Positions 19,660 through 30,714 of a stretch of 64,000 nt of DNA are shown here, one piece after another. The DNA comes from an uncultured Lentisphaerales bacterium. Its GTDB lineage: Bacteria; Verrucomicrobiota; Lentisphaeria; JABSQK01; UBA12247. Numbering within the stretch: the first letter of the stretch is position 1; each line of letters starts with the position of its first letter. The DNA lies in the NCBI GenBank assembly GCA_943788985.1, contig CALSSJ010000021.1:94274-158273 (forward strand), read 5' to 3'. A program made the translations under genes and the position numbers. Below the pieces are notes generated by a model. It searched no databases, was not told the DNA's origin, and was given only the letters and a program-made list of their open reading frames with translations.

Positions 19660-21032
19660 TGGGACACCAAAGGTTGGCCCGTAGCGACGCGGAGTTCGGC
19701 CGCCAGGAGTTGCAGTCGCAGGGCTTGTTGACGAATAGAAAGCTGGGCACGCAGGCGTTGATCCTGCGCCGTGAGCACTTCAAGATTTTGCCCGACGCCC
19801 GCCTCATACTCGGCGGTGGCTTGCTCAAATGCCGAGTTCGCAAGCGTCAGAGATTGCTGCAGGGCATCAGCTCGGGCTTGGGCGCCGCGAATCTCGGCAA
19901 GAATCCGGCGCAGATCAAGATCGAGCTGGCGTAGTTGCTTGCGGTGGCTGAGAATCGCTTCGCCTATCAGCGAGCGGGCTTCGCCGAGCTGAGCGGCGCG
20001 ACGGCCGGAATCGGCCAAGTTCCACGACATTTCCAGGCTGATGACCCAGTCAACGTCCTCCGCGATACCGCCGCGCCCGAGGAAGTAATCGCCCGCGAGG
20101 GACACCTCAGGCCTATAGCCGCGGCGGACGGTCTCGACTTCTTCTCTTCGTGCCGTGATCGCGGACTTGAGGGCAGCAAGATCTGAGCGTGTGCGGAGCG
20201 CGGCTTTGCGCAAGGCGGCCAAGCTCAGGTTGCCCGGCAGGGCAATGGCGGGATCGGCCAGCGCATTCTGAGCCGCGCGCCCAACCTGAAAAGCGAGCGT
20301 TTCGCGAGCCACGGCTTCGTCTTGGCTGGCAGCAATCACGGCGGCGTTGGTTTCGGCAGCCTGCGCTTGGCGCAGCAGGACCTCACTGTGCCGGGCATCG
20401 CTGGCGGCCTCGCGTAGCTTCATCTGGTCGACTTGGGCTTGCTGCAGAGCGAGCTGCGACCGCAAGGTTTCCCCCTGATGCACGGCATTCAAAACCTCGA
20501 GGTATGCCTCGGTGACTTCAAGAGTGGTTCTCTCGTGTGTGTGCTGCAGCGAGGCCATCCGACTCGCCCGCCAGGCCTGTGCCGCACGTCGTGCCGAGCG
20601 ATTGCGAAAGCCAGAATACAGCGGGGTTTCTGCGCGGAGCTTAAATTCGTTATCGGTAGGTTCGAGAAAAGAGCCAAAGCTACCGCTACCTCCGCCGCCC
20701 ACATCTTTCCGTCGCTCATGCCGTCCTTCTAGACTCACACTGGGCCGGCTTGCCGCGACCACTGCTTGCTCGCCGAACTCTGCCTGGATAATGCGCTCAC
20801 GGGCGATGCCGCCAGCCTCGTTCTGCACCATCGCGAGCTCAATGCAGGCCGCTAGCGTGCCAGGAGCAGCTATCGTTGGAGCCGTCGCCGTTGTGCTGGC
20901 TGGGGGGCCGGGCTGGGGCTGGTCCGGGACGAGGGGCACGAGTTTGGCCCCCAGGTTCGTGGGCTGGACAACAGTACAGCCGCAGGCAAGCAGCAAGCCA
21001 AGCGAAATAATGGGGATGGGGGAGCAGTTCAC
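19656..21032 (-). CDS. TolC-family outer membrane efflux protein
   Basis: Lipobox LACGC and two OEP repeats (PLYSG..N; YEAGVGQNLEVLTAQ). First gene of an overlapping tripartite operon. Confidence 0.88.
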   Translation of the reverse strand: MNCSPIPIISLGLLLACGCTVVQPTNLGAKLVPLVPDQPQPGPPASTTATAPTIAAPGTLAACIELAMVQNEAGGIARERIIQAEFGEQAVVAASRPSVSLEGRHERRKDVGGGGSGSFGSFLEPTDNEFKLRAETPLYSGFRNRSARRAAQAWRASRMASLQHTHERTTLEVTEAYLEVLNAVHQGETLRSQLALQQAQVDQMKLREAASDARHSEVLLRQAQAAETNAAVIAASQDEAVARETLAFQVGRAAQNALADPAIALPGNLSLAALRKAALRTRSDLAALKSAITARREEVETVRRGYRPEVSLAGDYFLGRGGIAEDVDWVISLEMSWNLADSGRRAAQLGEARSLIGEAILSHRKQLRQLDLDLRRILAEIRGAQARADALQQSLTLANSAFEQATAEYEAGVGQNLEVLTAQDQRLRAQLSIRQQALRLQLLAAELRVATGQPLVSQ

Positions 21033-21163
21033 CCCGGGGAACTTACGGCCCGCTCAATCAAAGACAAACCGCACTGAATCAGCAAAACCAGCCCCGTACG
21101 CCCTGGCCTGGGTTGTTCCAAGCGTCCCTTGGGTTATTGTACGTACTCGTGGAGGGCTATTGT

Positions 21164-24023
21164 ATGATCGAACTTATCCGTACGCTATGGGTTAATCCCA
21201 CTCTGGAGACTAGGATTGAGACTCCAAAAGACCCAGGTGACTTGGATATTTTCTACGCGACATCGATAGCCGAGGCCTGCGCCATTTTAGGCCAGGAGGA
21301 CTACGACGTCATTCTGGTGGACCTGAGCGTAACGCCGGAGCCACTGGTGGTCATGGCCGATTTGCTGGCGGCCGCGACCATGCCTGTGATCGCGCTCGGC
21401 ATGGAAGACCAAGCCGAAGTGGGCCTAGCGGCGGTTCGCAACGGAGCCGCAGATTGGCTTTCCGAGCCTGAAGGCGCCACAGTCGCTCGCTCTCTGCTGT
21501 TGGCAAACATCCGCGATGAGAACGAGGCACGCTTACGCCGACAGGAAACAGATGCCGGACAGGCATTGGAAGAAGCGTGGGTCAGAACCGGAGAGACACG
21601 CCTGCACAGCGTGATGCGGGGTAGCATGGAGATGGATGATCTGTGTAATAACATCGTCTCTTTCCTCTGCGATTACACCGATCTGTCAGAGGGGCGATTT
21701 TACACGATTGAGGGAGCTGGCCGGGCGCGCTTGGTGGCAGGTGTCGGCCCTTTACCCGCGGACATCAGCCTGGATCTGTTTTCGCTAGGAGACTCCCGAT
21801 TGGGTAACGCAGCACGCAAACGTCACTGCATGATGTTCGGCGAACCGACACCTGATGGCGAAGACGAGCAACATTACTACCTGATCGCGCCATGTGTTGC
21901 CGACGATGAAGAGCTCGTCGGCGTCATTGAGCTTGGTAGCAGCATGCAATTGAGGATCCAGGACCGGCGCCTGTTGGAGGAAATTGCCGAACCAGTCGCT
22001 TTGACTGTGAGGGCGGCCAGAACGCACTTTGAGAAGCAGGAGTTGCTGACTGCCACACAGAAACTGGCGCATGAGATGCAAGTTCAGCAGATGGAACTGA
22101 AGTTTGCCTTTACCGAGCTTGAAGATGAGAACCGCTCGCTGGAAGCTGCCAACGAACGACTGCGCCTGAAAGTAGAATCGCTATCCCAAGTCAGCGCAGA
22201 TAAAGCCGTGCTCGACGGCTATGGGCAGCTGTTCGGCGTGGGCGACGATGCCGTATATCACGCAGCAGTCATTATCCTGAGCGCGCTTCACGAATCCATG
22301 ACACCGTCGAGCGATGCCGCCAAGCTCCGACTGGTTTCGGAGGTAGTGCGAAAGCTTCCAGCGCTCACGGAGGCGCTCGCGAACGAGTTTTCGGCCATTG
22401 AGGTTGAGCCGGTCATGCTCTGTGAGCATCTTAAAGAATCCTACCAGAGCAATGCTGAGTCCCGCAACCTTACGTTCGACTTCAAACTCTCGCAGAACGT
22501 GCCAGCGACGATACACACGGACTCGGAACTACTGCATGAGATTCTGGGGACGCTGATTCGCGAAGCGCTCGAGGCGACCGACTCAGGTGCGGTTACTGTG
22601 GTCGTCGAACTCGCTGCCCCCGATGAGCGACCCGCTGGCATCGATGGCGAGATGATTGTTTTCGCGATTGAAGACAACCGCACCAGCCATCCGACAGAGT
22701 CACAGCTTTCCTTGGAATTGCTGGTCGCCGCGCACCGAGCGCAGGCGATTGGGGGCTGGATCGACCGTGACCTCAGCAGCGAAGAGGGCGAGACGTTCAC
22801 TCTTTATTTGCCGACCTATGCCGAGGAGTCGCTGGCCCACATCGCTGAACTACCCGCATCTGATGATCGCGATAAACTCAATGCCAATGATGCGAGCGTT
22901 CTAATCTGGACGACGGATGAAACCCTCTCCACACAATTCTACTCCAAGTGCAGCGAGGCTGGCTACCGAGCTGTAGTTACGGCCAACTTTGATGATCTGG
23001 ATGTCTTTCCGGTGCCACCCCAGTTCATGCTGGTGGATGCAGAAGACCCGCACGAGGTGCCTGTGGTGATCGAAGCTCTGCGTCGTGAGCCCATGCTACG
23101 TGCGGTTCCACTCGGTTCTTTTGGAATCCCTACGCTCGAATTGGAGGCTCGGAGACACGGAGCGCATCTCTTCCTGCGATTGCCCTTACAAAACGACGAA
23201 ATTGATGCCGCGTTCAACCAATTGGCCGCTTCGGCCGCGACCAATTTTGCCCGTGTCCTGATCGCAGAGCGAGGGCGCTTGCTGATAAACAGACTGACAC
23301 CCTGTGCAGACATGCTTGGCCTTGAGCTTGACGCGGTTAGCTCGTTCGCTGAGGTTTCGGAAATGCTCGCGGAATCGCGCTACACGGCAATGGTCATGCA
23401 TGGGGAATCTTGGCAAGAACAACTGGATCGAAGTACGACGGATTCTCGCGGACGAGGACCCGTATCTGCCTGTCGTCGTGTATTCCGGGCCATGGATCGA
23501 GGCCGACGAATCGAAGCGCCTCGACGCCTTTGCGAAAAGTGCAGTCGTGCGTCAGGGCCCAAAACCCCGTCGGAGTTGCTGGGACGAACTCATGCTGTTT
23601 CTTCCTGTGAGCCCGGTTCCTGCCAGTGACGACCTCAGCTTTCTCCAAGGCCGGACGATTCTGCTGGCCGATGACGATATGCGCAACTGCTTCCCCATAA
23701 GCCGCGCGCTTGAAGGCGCCGGGGCAACCGTGGTCATGGCAGAGAGTGTGGAAAAGGCGCTTGAGGTGGTCGCGGGCCTTGAAAGGCTTGACCTAGCGTT
23801 GATCGACTCAATCATGCCTGGCTTAAATGGGATGCGGACGATTGAAAGCCTACGGGCCGACAAACGCTATGCTGAGCTCCCCATCGTGGCGATGATCGCA
23901 CACAATGCCCCGGAGGAGCGCACACGCACCCTGGATTCCGGGGCAAGCGACTATCTGATCAAGCCCCTGGAGACCGAGAAGGTAGTGGCGATGCTGCGCA
24001 TCTGGTTAACACCAGTAGCTTGA
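21164..24023 (+). CDS. Multi-domain response regulator / degenerate hybrid histidine kinase (REC-GAF-pseudoHK-REC-REC-REC); frameshift near 23410
   Basis: N-terminal REC YDVILVDLS, GAF with VGVIELGS, S-helix-like TQKLAHEMQVQQMEL, HATPase-like IHTDSELLHEIL...FAIEDN...FTLYLP, and canonical terminal REC ILLADDD...DSIMPGLNG...GASDYLIKP. Confidence 0.8.
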
Positions 24024-24163
24024 CCGTCGCGCCACACCCAAAGGCGCGTATTTTTGGGGTTAGCGGGCCGAAGCACACGCGGCGTCAAAATTTCAAAATC
24101 CTTGACCCGCATAAATTCGAGTCTAACTTATTACCAATTGTTTTTGTACAATTTTGGACATTT

Positions 24164-24652
24164 ATGGTCACGTTACAGGTCAAGCAAGACCGCACTTTAC
24201 GACATGTCAATGGCTCCAGGGCGACAATCGGCCGCTCCTCCGAAGCTGACATACAGCTCAAAGTTGCGTCGGACATCAGCAGAATTCACTGCGCGATTGA
24301 GGGCGATTCCGGCACTCGTTGGGTCGTGGAGGACTACTCACGCAATGGTACGTTCGTAAACGGCCTCCGTGTGCGTGGCCGTGCTTACGTCCGTAATGGC
24401 GATGAGCTTCGCCTCGGCAACCAACTCCAGATTGTGTTTAAGATCTCCGTCGAAGATCGCCCTGCCGTTCAGCGGCCACCAGCGTACTACCAGATGCAGA
24501 GCGATATTGAGCCTCGCTCAGTTGCAATCGTAGACACGCGCTCCGAGACAGAGATCGCGAACCGGGTCAGTGTGGAGTTCGCAGATGCTGCCAGACGCTC
24601 GCTGGCACACGCTCTCACCCAACGAACTAGAAATAACGACCGCTACGCCTGA
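24164..24652 (+). CDS. FHA domain protein
   Basis: Motifs ATIGRS, DISRIHC, DYSRNGTFVNG and GDELRLG. Confidence 0.85.
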   Translation: MVTLQVKQDRTLRHVNGSRATIGRSSEADIQLKVASDISRIHCAIEGDSGTRWVVEDYSRNGTFVNGLRVRGRAYVRNGDELRLGNQLQIVFKISVEDRPAVQRPPAYYQMQSDIEPRSVAIVDTRSETEIANRVSVEFADAARRSLAHALTQRTRNNDRYA

Positions 24653-24744
24653 TAGAATCTTATGCCGGAATCGCGGGCGCAATCACATTCTGATTCGTCG
24701 ACTTGTCTGGAGTGAAAGAAATCCAAGACGAGTACAAGCATGAC

Positions 24745-26273
24745 TAGAGAGCTGGTACCGTTTTTTGGACCACCTGCTAAGTAAGGCTATGCTTCCTGTC
24801 AACTTGAACAAGGAGCACCAAGATGTCAAAGAAGAATCGTCGCCGCCATAACGCGGCATTCGAGTTTAAATTGGCTATGGAGGCCCTCAAAGGCCTGCAA
24901 ACCACCAGTGAAATCGCAGCCCTCTACGAAGTCCATCCAACGCAGGTCTCGCGGGGGGAAACGCGACCTGGTCGATAAGGCAAGCACCATCTTCGAAGGC
25001 CCGCGGTAGACTTCGACCGAGGAGAAGGTCGACAAGATGCGTAAGAATCACCACGCCAAGATTGGGCAGCTTACGCTGGAGGTCGACTGGCTGCGAAAAA
25101 AGTGCAAAGAGCTGCAGATCCCGCTGAGCGACGAGCTATGATCTGCGGTAGTGACAAGCTAAGTATCCGTCGGCAGTGTGAGCTATTGGCTGTCAATCGC
25201 TCAAGCTACAATTGCAGCCCTGGGAAAGCCGACAGTGCAGAAGACCTTACGATCATGAACTTCATGGATAAGCTCTATTTTAAACACCCTACGCACCGAG
25301 TACGCAAAATTCGCGCCCTGCTTCTCCGCGAAGGGCTCGTCGAGTGCATAGGGCTACGTCGCATACGGCGTCTGAAGGGCCAAGTGGGCCTCCAGACGAT
25401 TTACCGTGGGCCGCGAACGACGATCCCTGGGCCAATCAGGTCTAGTGCACGAACATTACGTACATCCGGATAGACAAGGGCTTCCTGTACTTGAACATCA
25501 TCATGGACTGGTATTCGCGCCGTCTTCTTTCGTGGGAACTGTCCAACGCGCTGGACACGGGATTCTGCGTGCAGGCTCTTGAAGCGGCAGGCGAGCCGCC
25601 TTCGATACTCAATGCCGATCAAGGCAGTCAATATACCTCCGAAGAGTGGTCCAAAGCAGTTGAAGGCCGTGGAATCAAGATGAGCATGAACGGCCGCCGG
25701 CGCTGGATTGACAATGTCATGGTGGAACGCTTCTTTGGCACGATTAAGTACGAGGAAGTCTACCTCTTTGCCTATGCAGATGGGCACGAAGCGCAGTTGG
25801 GGATCGCCAAATCCATGGTCCAATACAATACCGAGCGACCTGATCAGAATCTGTCGAATTGGTGTACAGGCGAGGTGTACCGTAGCTTGGACAAAGACAC
25901 AAACAGCCATCGCGTAAAATGTTTATGACAAAGCTTGCGGTATGGGCCGGCTCGCCGCGGCCTGCGGCCAAAATGGGCTTTGCCACAAACCCCAAGGTTT
26001 TCCAGGCATGGCGGCAGCTCTTCGATGTTGCCACCTTGCGAAGGTGGGGGAGTCTTTCGACTTCCCCACGGTGTGGACATCGCGTCGCTACCGCTCCGAC
26101 TATCCCTCGGTGAGATGCTCCTCAGCAGAGCTTGCCTCCGTTTCGTCGGAGCTCACACAATACAGCACCATTCGCCAATGCAACCGAAAAGGAACTCCAA
26201 TGCTGGCAAAGCGCCGATAGCATTAGCTTAACTTTTTTCCGGGCCGGTGGTTCAAAAAGCGGAACCATCTCTA
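24745..26273 (+). mobile_element. IS3-family insertion sequence, inactivated
   Basis: Terminal IRs TGGTACCGTTTTTTGGACCACC (24753-24774) and GGTGGTTCAAAAAGCGGAACCA (26246-26267) match at 19/22 positions and extend imperfectly to TAGAGA. OrfA and OrfB lie inside, with an A6G slippery site at 25096-25102. Confidence 0.88.
24823..25928 (+). pseudogene. IS3 transposase OrfA/OrfB with stops, frameshifts and an internal deletion
   Basis: OrfA MSKKNRRRHNAAFEFKLAMEAL...YEVHPTQV...KIGQLTLEVDWLRKK. OrfB LSIRRQCELLAVNRSS..., NQV*CTNITYI, DWYSRRLLSW, NADQGSQYTS and DNVMVERFFGTIKYEEVY. Confidence 0.88.
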
Positions 26274-27034
26274 TCATGCCTGCAGACAAGTTCAGCGGCG
26301 ATCGCGCTGGCTACCTGGCGTTGAGCACCATCATCGACAGCCGCGGTGCCCAGGACCTGCCGATTCCGGCATCTGGAGTCCGCTAAGACAAGCGCTTCAA
26401 ATTTCAGCAGCGCGTCGTCGCGGCCCCCCCGCGGTTCCGACTTGGTGCGGTTGAGACCCAAAAACGCGTTTCTGCCCATGCTGTCTAGGGTAGATGTTCT
26501 GCTTGAAACCGACATCAGGGAATTTGACAGCGCGCGCTGTGGCCTTCTGTCGCTGGTTAAAGACATAGGCGGGGCAACGCCTGATATCGAGGCGAAGCTT
26601 GGCAAAATGTTAACTCAATCCAAAAGGCACAGTAAGGACCGCGCTCTGTGGCATACGACTCCTGTGCATGCCGCAAGTCGCCTACGCGAGCTATTCAACG
26701 GAAATCAATGGCCACAAATGGACGATTGAAATATGCTCCGTGACTATGAGAAGTTCACTGACGAGTTACAGGATCGCGGTCGAGCTGCTTGAGTCCGTCC
26801 GTCAAGTAAAGCGCTTTCTCCGATCGAGCCTCACCATTCCCCGCAGTCATCCGCCAGCTTTGGGAGACCATCACAAGGTGCCCCTCCCTCAAAGCGAGGT
26901 GCAGGAATAGGTGCAGCTCAGCGTGAATTGAAGGGAAAGTGCGGGAACATATGGGGGATTTTGTCGTTTGCCCACCGTGCGGAATTGAGGATAGATTAGC
27001 CTCGCAGGGGTCGCTTTCCGCATTCCGCAAGCTC

Positions 27035-27128
<94 letters not shown>

Positions 27129-27164
27129 GCTGGTCGGGTAGCACCCGATTCCGTGACGGCGCAG

Positions 27165-27192
27165 AATATAGGCTTTTACTGCGCGCTCGCAA
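27165..27192 (-). promoter_or_regulatory. Possible sigma70 promoter of tRNA-Ser
   Basis: Minus strand TTGCGA-16 nt-TATATT, about 35 nt upstream of the tRNA. Confidence 0.35.
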
Positions 27193-27289
27193 TCTCTGGA
27201 TAGACAAAAAGCGAGGAATCATGGGCCACGCCCCCGCAAAGGTAGAATCTTTCGCCCTTTGCAGCCGGCAACTTTAACCCGTTTGAGCG

Positions 27290-28369
27290 CTAGCGCCTGA
27301 CCCTGGCGTTGCCACTCCAGATGCTCCAAATCTGCTCTTCGTCTGCTGGTTGGCCATAATCGGTCAACATGGTAGTGGCCAAGGCACCGGTGGCCCAGCC
27401 AAACTGAATACACTTCTCGGCGGACCAACCGCGAAGAATCCCGTAAAGAAGGCCACCGACGAATCCGTCGCCCCCGCCAATGCGGTCGAGCACCTGGATC
27501 TGGCGCGGCTCGATCGACTGCCACTCGCCCGCATGCCAGGTAATGCCCCCCCAGAGGTGACGGTTTGCGTGGTCCACTTCTCGAAGCGTAGTGGCAAAGA
27601 CGCTAGTCTTGGTGAAGGTCTCGCGGGCCGCGTCAATCATGCCGCGAAAACCTTCCATCTGCGCCGCAATGTCGCTCCCGCCAGACTCTGGCCCGCTCAC
27701 ACCAAGGCAAAGCTGGAAATCCTCTTCGTTACCAATCAGAATGTCCGACTCACTCGCGATTTCAGTAAACAGACCGCGCAACTCGTCCTCGCGCCCTTCC
27801 CAAAAAGTGGCGCGATGGTTCAGGTCAAAGGAGATCATTGTCCCGTAAGCCTTGGCAGCACGCGCGATATCGAGGCAGAACTCGCCGGTCTCAGGGGACA
27901 GCGCCGCGATCAAACCCGACATGTGGACGATCTGCACGCCCTCCTCGCCAAAGATTCGCTCCAGATCAAAATCACGAACATTTAGGATGCGGCCAACTTC
28001 TCCAGCGCGGTCATTGTGTACGCGCGGGCCACGTGTGCCAAAACCACTATCCGCAAGATTGAACTGGTGGCGGTAGCCCCAGGGACCGCCCTGATCGACT
28101 TCTGGCCCCTCGTAGTCCATTCGCCGCGCGCGGAGGCCGTCCTTTATTAGATGCGCGATCGGGCTGCCCTTCACAAAATTCGTCAGCACCTTCACGGGGA
28201 GGCCTAGATAGGACGACACACTGGCGACGTTCGTTTCGGCGCTGGTGGCCTGCATGACAAACTGATTACTGGCATTCATTGGCTGCCCGTTAGGGGGAGT
28301 GAGTCGCACTCCCATGCTGGTCGGGGTAATCAGGGAATAGGTAGAATTGGGACGCAGGGACAGGCTCAT
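27290..28369 (-). CDS. PfkB-family sugar kinase (2-keto-3-deoxygluconate kinase-like)
   Basis: Motifs SAETNVA, ISFDLNHR, GNEED and the PfkB signature DRIGGGDGFVGG. Confidence 0.88.
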   Translation of the reverse strand: MSLSLRPNSTYSLITPTSMGVRLTPPNGQPMNASNQFVMQATSAETNVASVSSYLGLPVKVLTNFVKGSPIAHLIKDGLRARRMDYEGPEVDQGGPWGYRHQFNLADSGFGTRGPRVHNDRAGEVGRILNVRDFDLERIFGEEGVQIVHMSGLIAALSPETGEFCLDIARAAKAYGTMISFDLNHRATFWEGREDELRGLFTEIASESDILIGNEEDFQLCLGVSGPESGGSDIAAQMEGFRGMIDAARETFTKTSVFATTLREVDHANRHLWGGITWHAGEWQSIEPRQIQVLDRIGGGDGFVGGLLYGILRGWSAEKCIQFGWATGALATTMLTDYGQPADEEQIWSIWSGNARVRR

Positions 28370-28574
28370 GCTTCGCTCCGGCAGGCAGTGGTTCACGGGT
28401 AAGAAACGGCGGTGGTCCGACAACACAGGAAGGCTCTCTGCGGCCAGGCAGGAGTTGACGGCGCGGCCCGCGTAGTGTCAAGTTTCCTGGAGACAGAACC
28501 GTGCGAAGCCCCGAGCTGAAAACAATCAGAAAGTATCGGAGTGCCAAGAGTTTCACACACTTCACCTAGCGATC

Positions 28575-28602
28575 TTGACGCCTGGCACCGCATCGGTATA
28601 GT
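28575..28602 (+). promoter_or_regulatory. Putative sigma70 promoter
   Basis: TTGACG-16 nt-TATAGT, 40 nt upstream of ATG 28642 in a divergent intergenic region. Confidence 0.5.
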
Positions 28603-28641
28603 GACAACTCCAGCCCATCTAACTATTTGCGACCGAATGCA

Positions 28642-29727
28642 ATGGCTGACGACAACGAATCAAACCGGACGATAGACGCGACAATCGTCACCGAACGTGA
28701 CGACGATAGCTCGGCAGCGCGCGAGAATGTCGTAAAACACGCGTCATTGTTTGTCGTCGGCTCTGATCGTAGCGTGACAGAGCATCCGCTCCAGAGCGAT
28801 GCTTGCCTCGTAGCGATCGGCACGGATGCAAACGAGTCCGACATACTCATTGCGGATGACGACTGCGCGAAAAAGCAGCTAGTCGTGATGAACATCGGCT
28901 CGCACTGGATGTTTCTCGATTGCGGCCCCAAGGACGTGGTTTGGCTCGACGGGGTCTGCCGCCGTCAGCTATACGCGCCCATCGATTACCGCGGAGTCGC
29001 ACGGATTGGAAAGCAGCACTTGGTCTTCGCTGGCACCGGCGAAGTTCCGACAGGAACACAAGAAGCTAGCTCCAAGGACGTCATTCTCAAAACCGAAGAA
29101 CCTGGGGATGACGCACGGTTGCATGTCCGCGGTCTAGGCGGGCACGTTTCCACAAACAAATGGCCTTTGTTGATCGGCAGCCATGAAACCTGTGACTTGA
29201 CTGACGAGTCCTTAGCCCCCTTTCATGCGTTCCTCTTCTGGGGCGAGTCAGGCCCCTTCATCGAGCCTATCGCGGGTGCGGCTCTCGAAATCGGCGGAAA
29301 TGCCGTCACAGAGGCGCATCCGATCGACGGTGACGCAAGAGCGAATCTGGGCACTGCTGGCCTCTCAATTTCGGTTGAAGGGGATGCGCAGAAGCACGCC
29401 GAGGAGCTGTATAGGCAAGGCGTTACCTACGACAGCTTTGCGCTTACTGCCCTGAACGACTCGATCGATGATTCATTTTTCCTACCTGGTTTTGGCCGGC
29501 CAGTAACGATTGGTCGCGGTGAAACTTGCGACATCGTTTTGAACGATATGGCCGTCTCACGAGAACACGCTCAGATTGTTCCAGCCGGGAAAACTTTGAA
29601 TCTGATCGACAACTTCAGCGCCAACGGGACGTACGTAAATGGTATCAAAGTACCGAAGGCTCGGGTCCGAGCTGGTGACGTCATTGAGATCGGCGACAAC
29701 TTCTTCTTGGTGCACTACACCAGTTGA
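28642..29727 (+). CDS. Protein with three FHA-like domains (only the last canonical)
   Basis: The C-terminal domain has IGRG..CDI...VSREHA...DNFSANGTYVNG...GDVIEIG. Two earlier degenerate repeats start at IGTDANESDI and IGSHETCDL. Confidence 0.82.
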   Translation: MADDNESNRTIDATIVTERDDDSSAARENVVKHASLFVVGSDRSVTEHPLQSDACLVAIGTDANESDILIADDDCAKKQLVVMNIGSHWMFLDCGPKDVVWLDGVCRRQLYAPIDYRGVARIGKQHLVFAGTGEVPTGTQEASSKDVILKTEEPGDDARLHVRGLGGHVSTNKWPLLIGSHETCDLTDESLAPFHAFLFWGESGPFIEPIAGAALEIGGNAVTEAHPIDGDARANLGTAGLSISVEGDAQKHAEELYRQGVTYDSFALTALNDSIDDSFFLPGFGRPVTIGRGETCDIVLNDMAVSREHAQIVPAGKTLNLIDNFSANGTYVNGIKVPKARVRAGDVIEIGDNFFLVHYTS

Positions 29728-29820
29728 TGCATTCACGGTAAACGCATACTCGATTTGTGTGTTTGCCCAATCTTGTTATTGTACGTTCTTGAGAAACTCC
29801 ACGATTGAGAGACAGATCAT

Positions 29821-30657
29821 ATGATTTCGCTACGTACTTTGGTTTGCATATTCGCGATTTGCGCGACAGGAATACCGGCATTTTCCCAAGGTGGAAGCTA
29901 CGCAGTGCTCACCGCCGAACAGCAGAAGCCTACTGGCACCCAGCAATTCTTCTACTGGTTTCCAAACCGCATTCTGGATTTCGCCGATATTTTTCGCGTA
30001 GGCTTGGCATTTGGTCCAGGTTGGGGCGGTGAAATCGCCGTCACAGACAAGTATCAGCTTGGTAGCTACAAGGTCAATCAAACTGGCTTCGGCTGGTATG
30101 GCAGCGCTGGCGAACGCAAGATCGTCAGCCACAGCGGCAAATATGAATCTAAGGTTAGGGGCGGCAGTGCTACCCGCGCAGAGACACCCAAGGACTCCAC
30201 GCGGCGATTCTTCCGTGGCCGCAGTGACGAGCAAAGCTATGACGTGCGGGGTCAGTTCGCATTGGGCTTGGTTCAGCCTTATCTGGGCGTGGACTTCTAC
30301 GAAATTGGCGATTTCTTTACGGGTTTGACCTTGGTTGATCTACGCAAGGACGATATGTCTCCCATGGCGTTTGTGGACGCGGATCCTCCCCGCAAGCTCG
30401 GTCGTGGCGTAAGCAACTTGGTGACGGGCATTACCGAGATCCCCAGGACTATCATCTCGGTGGATAAAGGCTACGGCGGTGTCGCAGCCTACACATGGGG
30501 CGCAGCGCTTGGTCTGAAGCGGTTCTTTGTTCGCGAGACCGTTGGTCTCTACGAGATCCTCACCTTCCCGGCAGCTGGTGATACCATCATCGAGCCCGAG
30601 TATCCGTTTATTCCTCAGCAGAGCGATACCAGCTGGCGCTTGCGCCGGTCCTGGTAA
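29821..30657 (+). CDS. Exported protein with C-terminal TIGR04073-like (exosortase-system-associated) domain
   Basis: Signal peptide; N domain NRILDFADIF...YEIGDFFTG; C domain KLGRGVSNLVTGITEIPR...RETVGLYEILTFP...IIEPEY. Confidence 0.6.
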   Translation: MISLRTLVCIFAICATGIPAFSQGGSYAVLTAEQQKPTGTQQFFYWFPNRILDFADIFRVGLAFGPGWGGEIAVTDKYQLGSYKVNQTGFGWYGSAGERKIVSHSGKYESKVRGGSATRAETPKDSTRRFFRGRSDEQSYDVRGQFALGLVQPYLGVDFYEIGDFFTGLTLVDLRKDDMSPMAFVDADPPRKLGRGVSNLVTGITEIPRTIISVDKGYGGVAAYTWGAALGLKRFFVRETVGLYEILTFPAAGDTIIEPEYPFIPQQSDTSWRLRRSW

Positions 30658-30714
30658 TTGCCTTTCCCCGTCGACTCGACCCACTAGTTCCAGCCACAGA
30701 TTGCTCCCTTCCTC

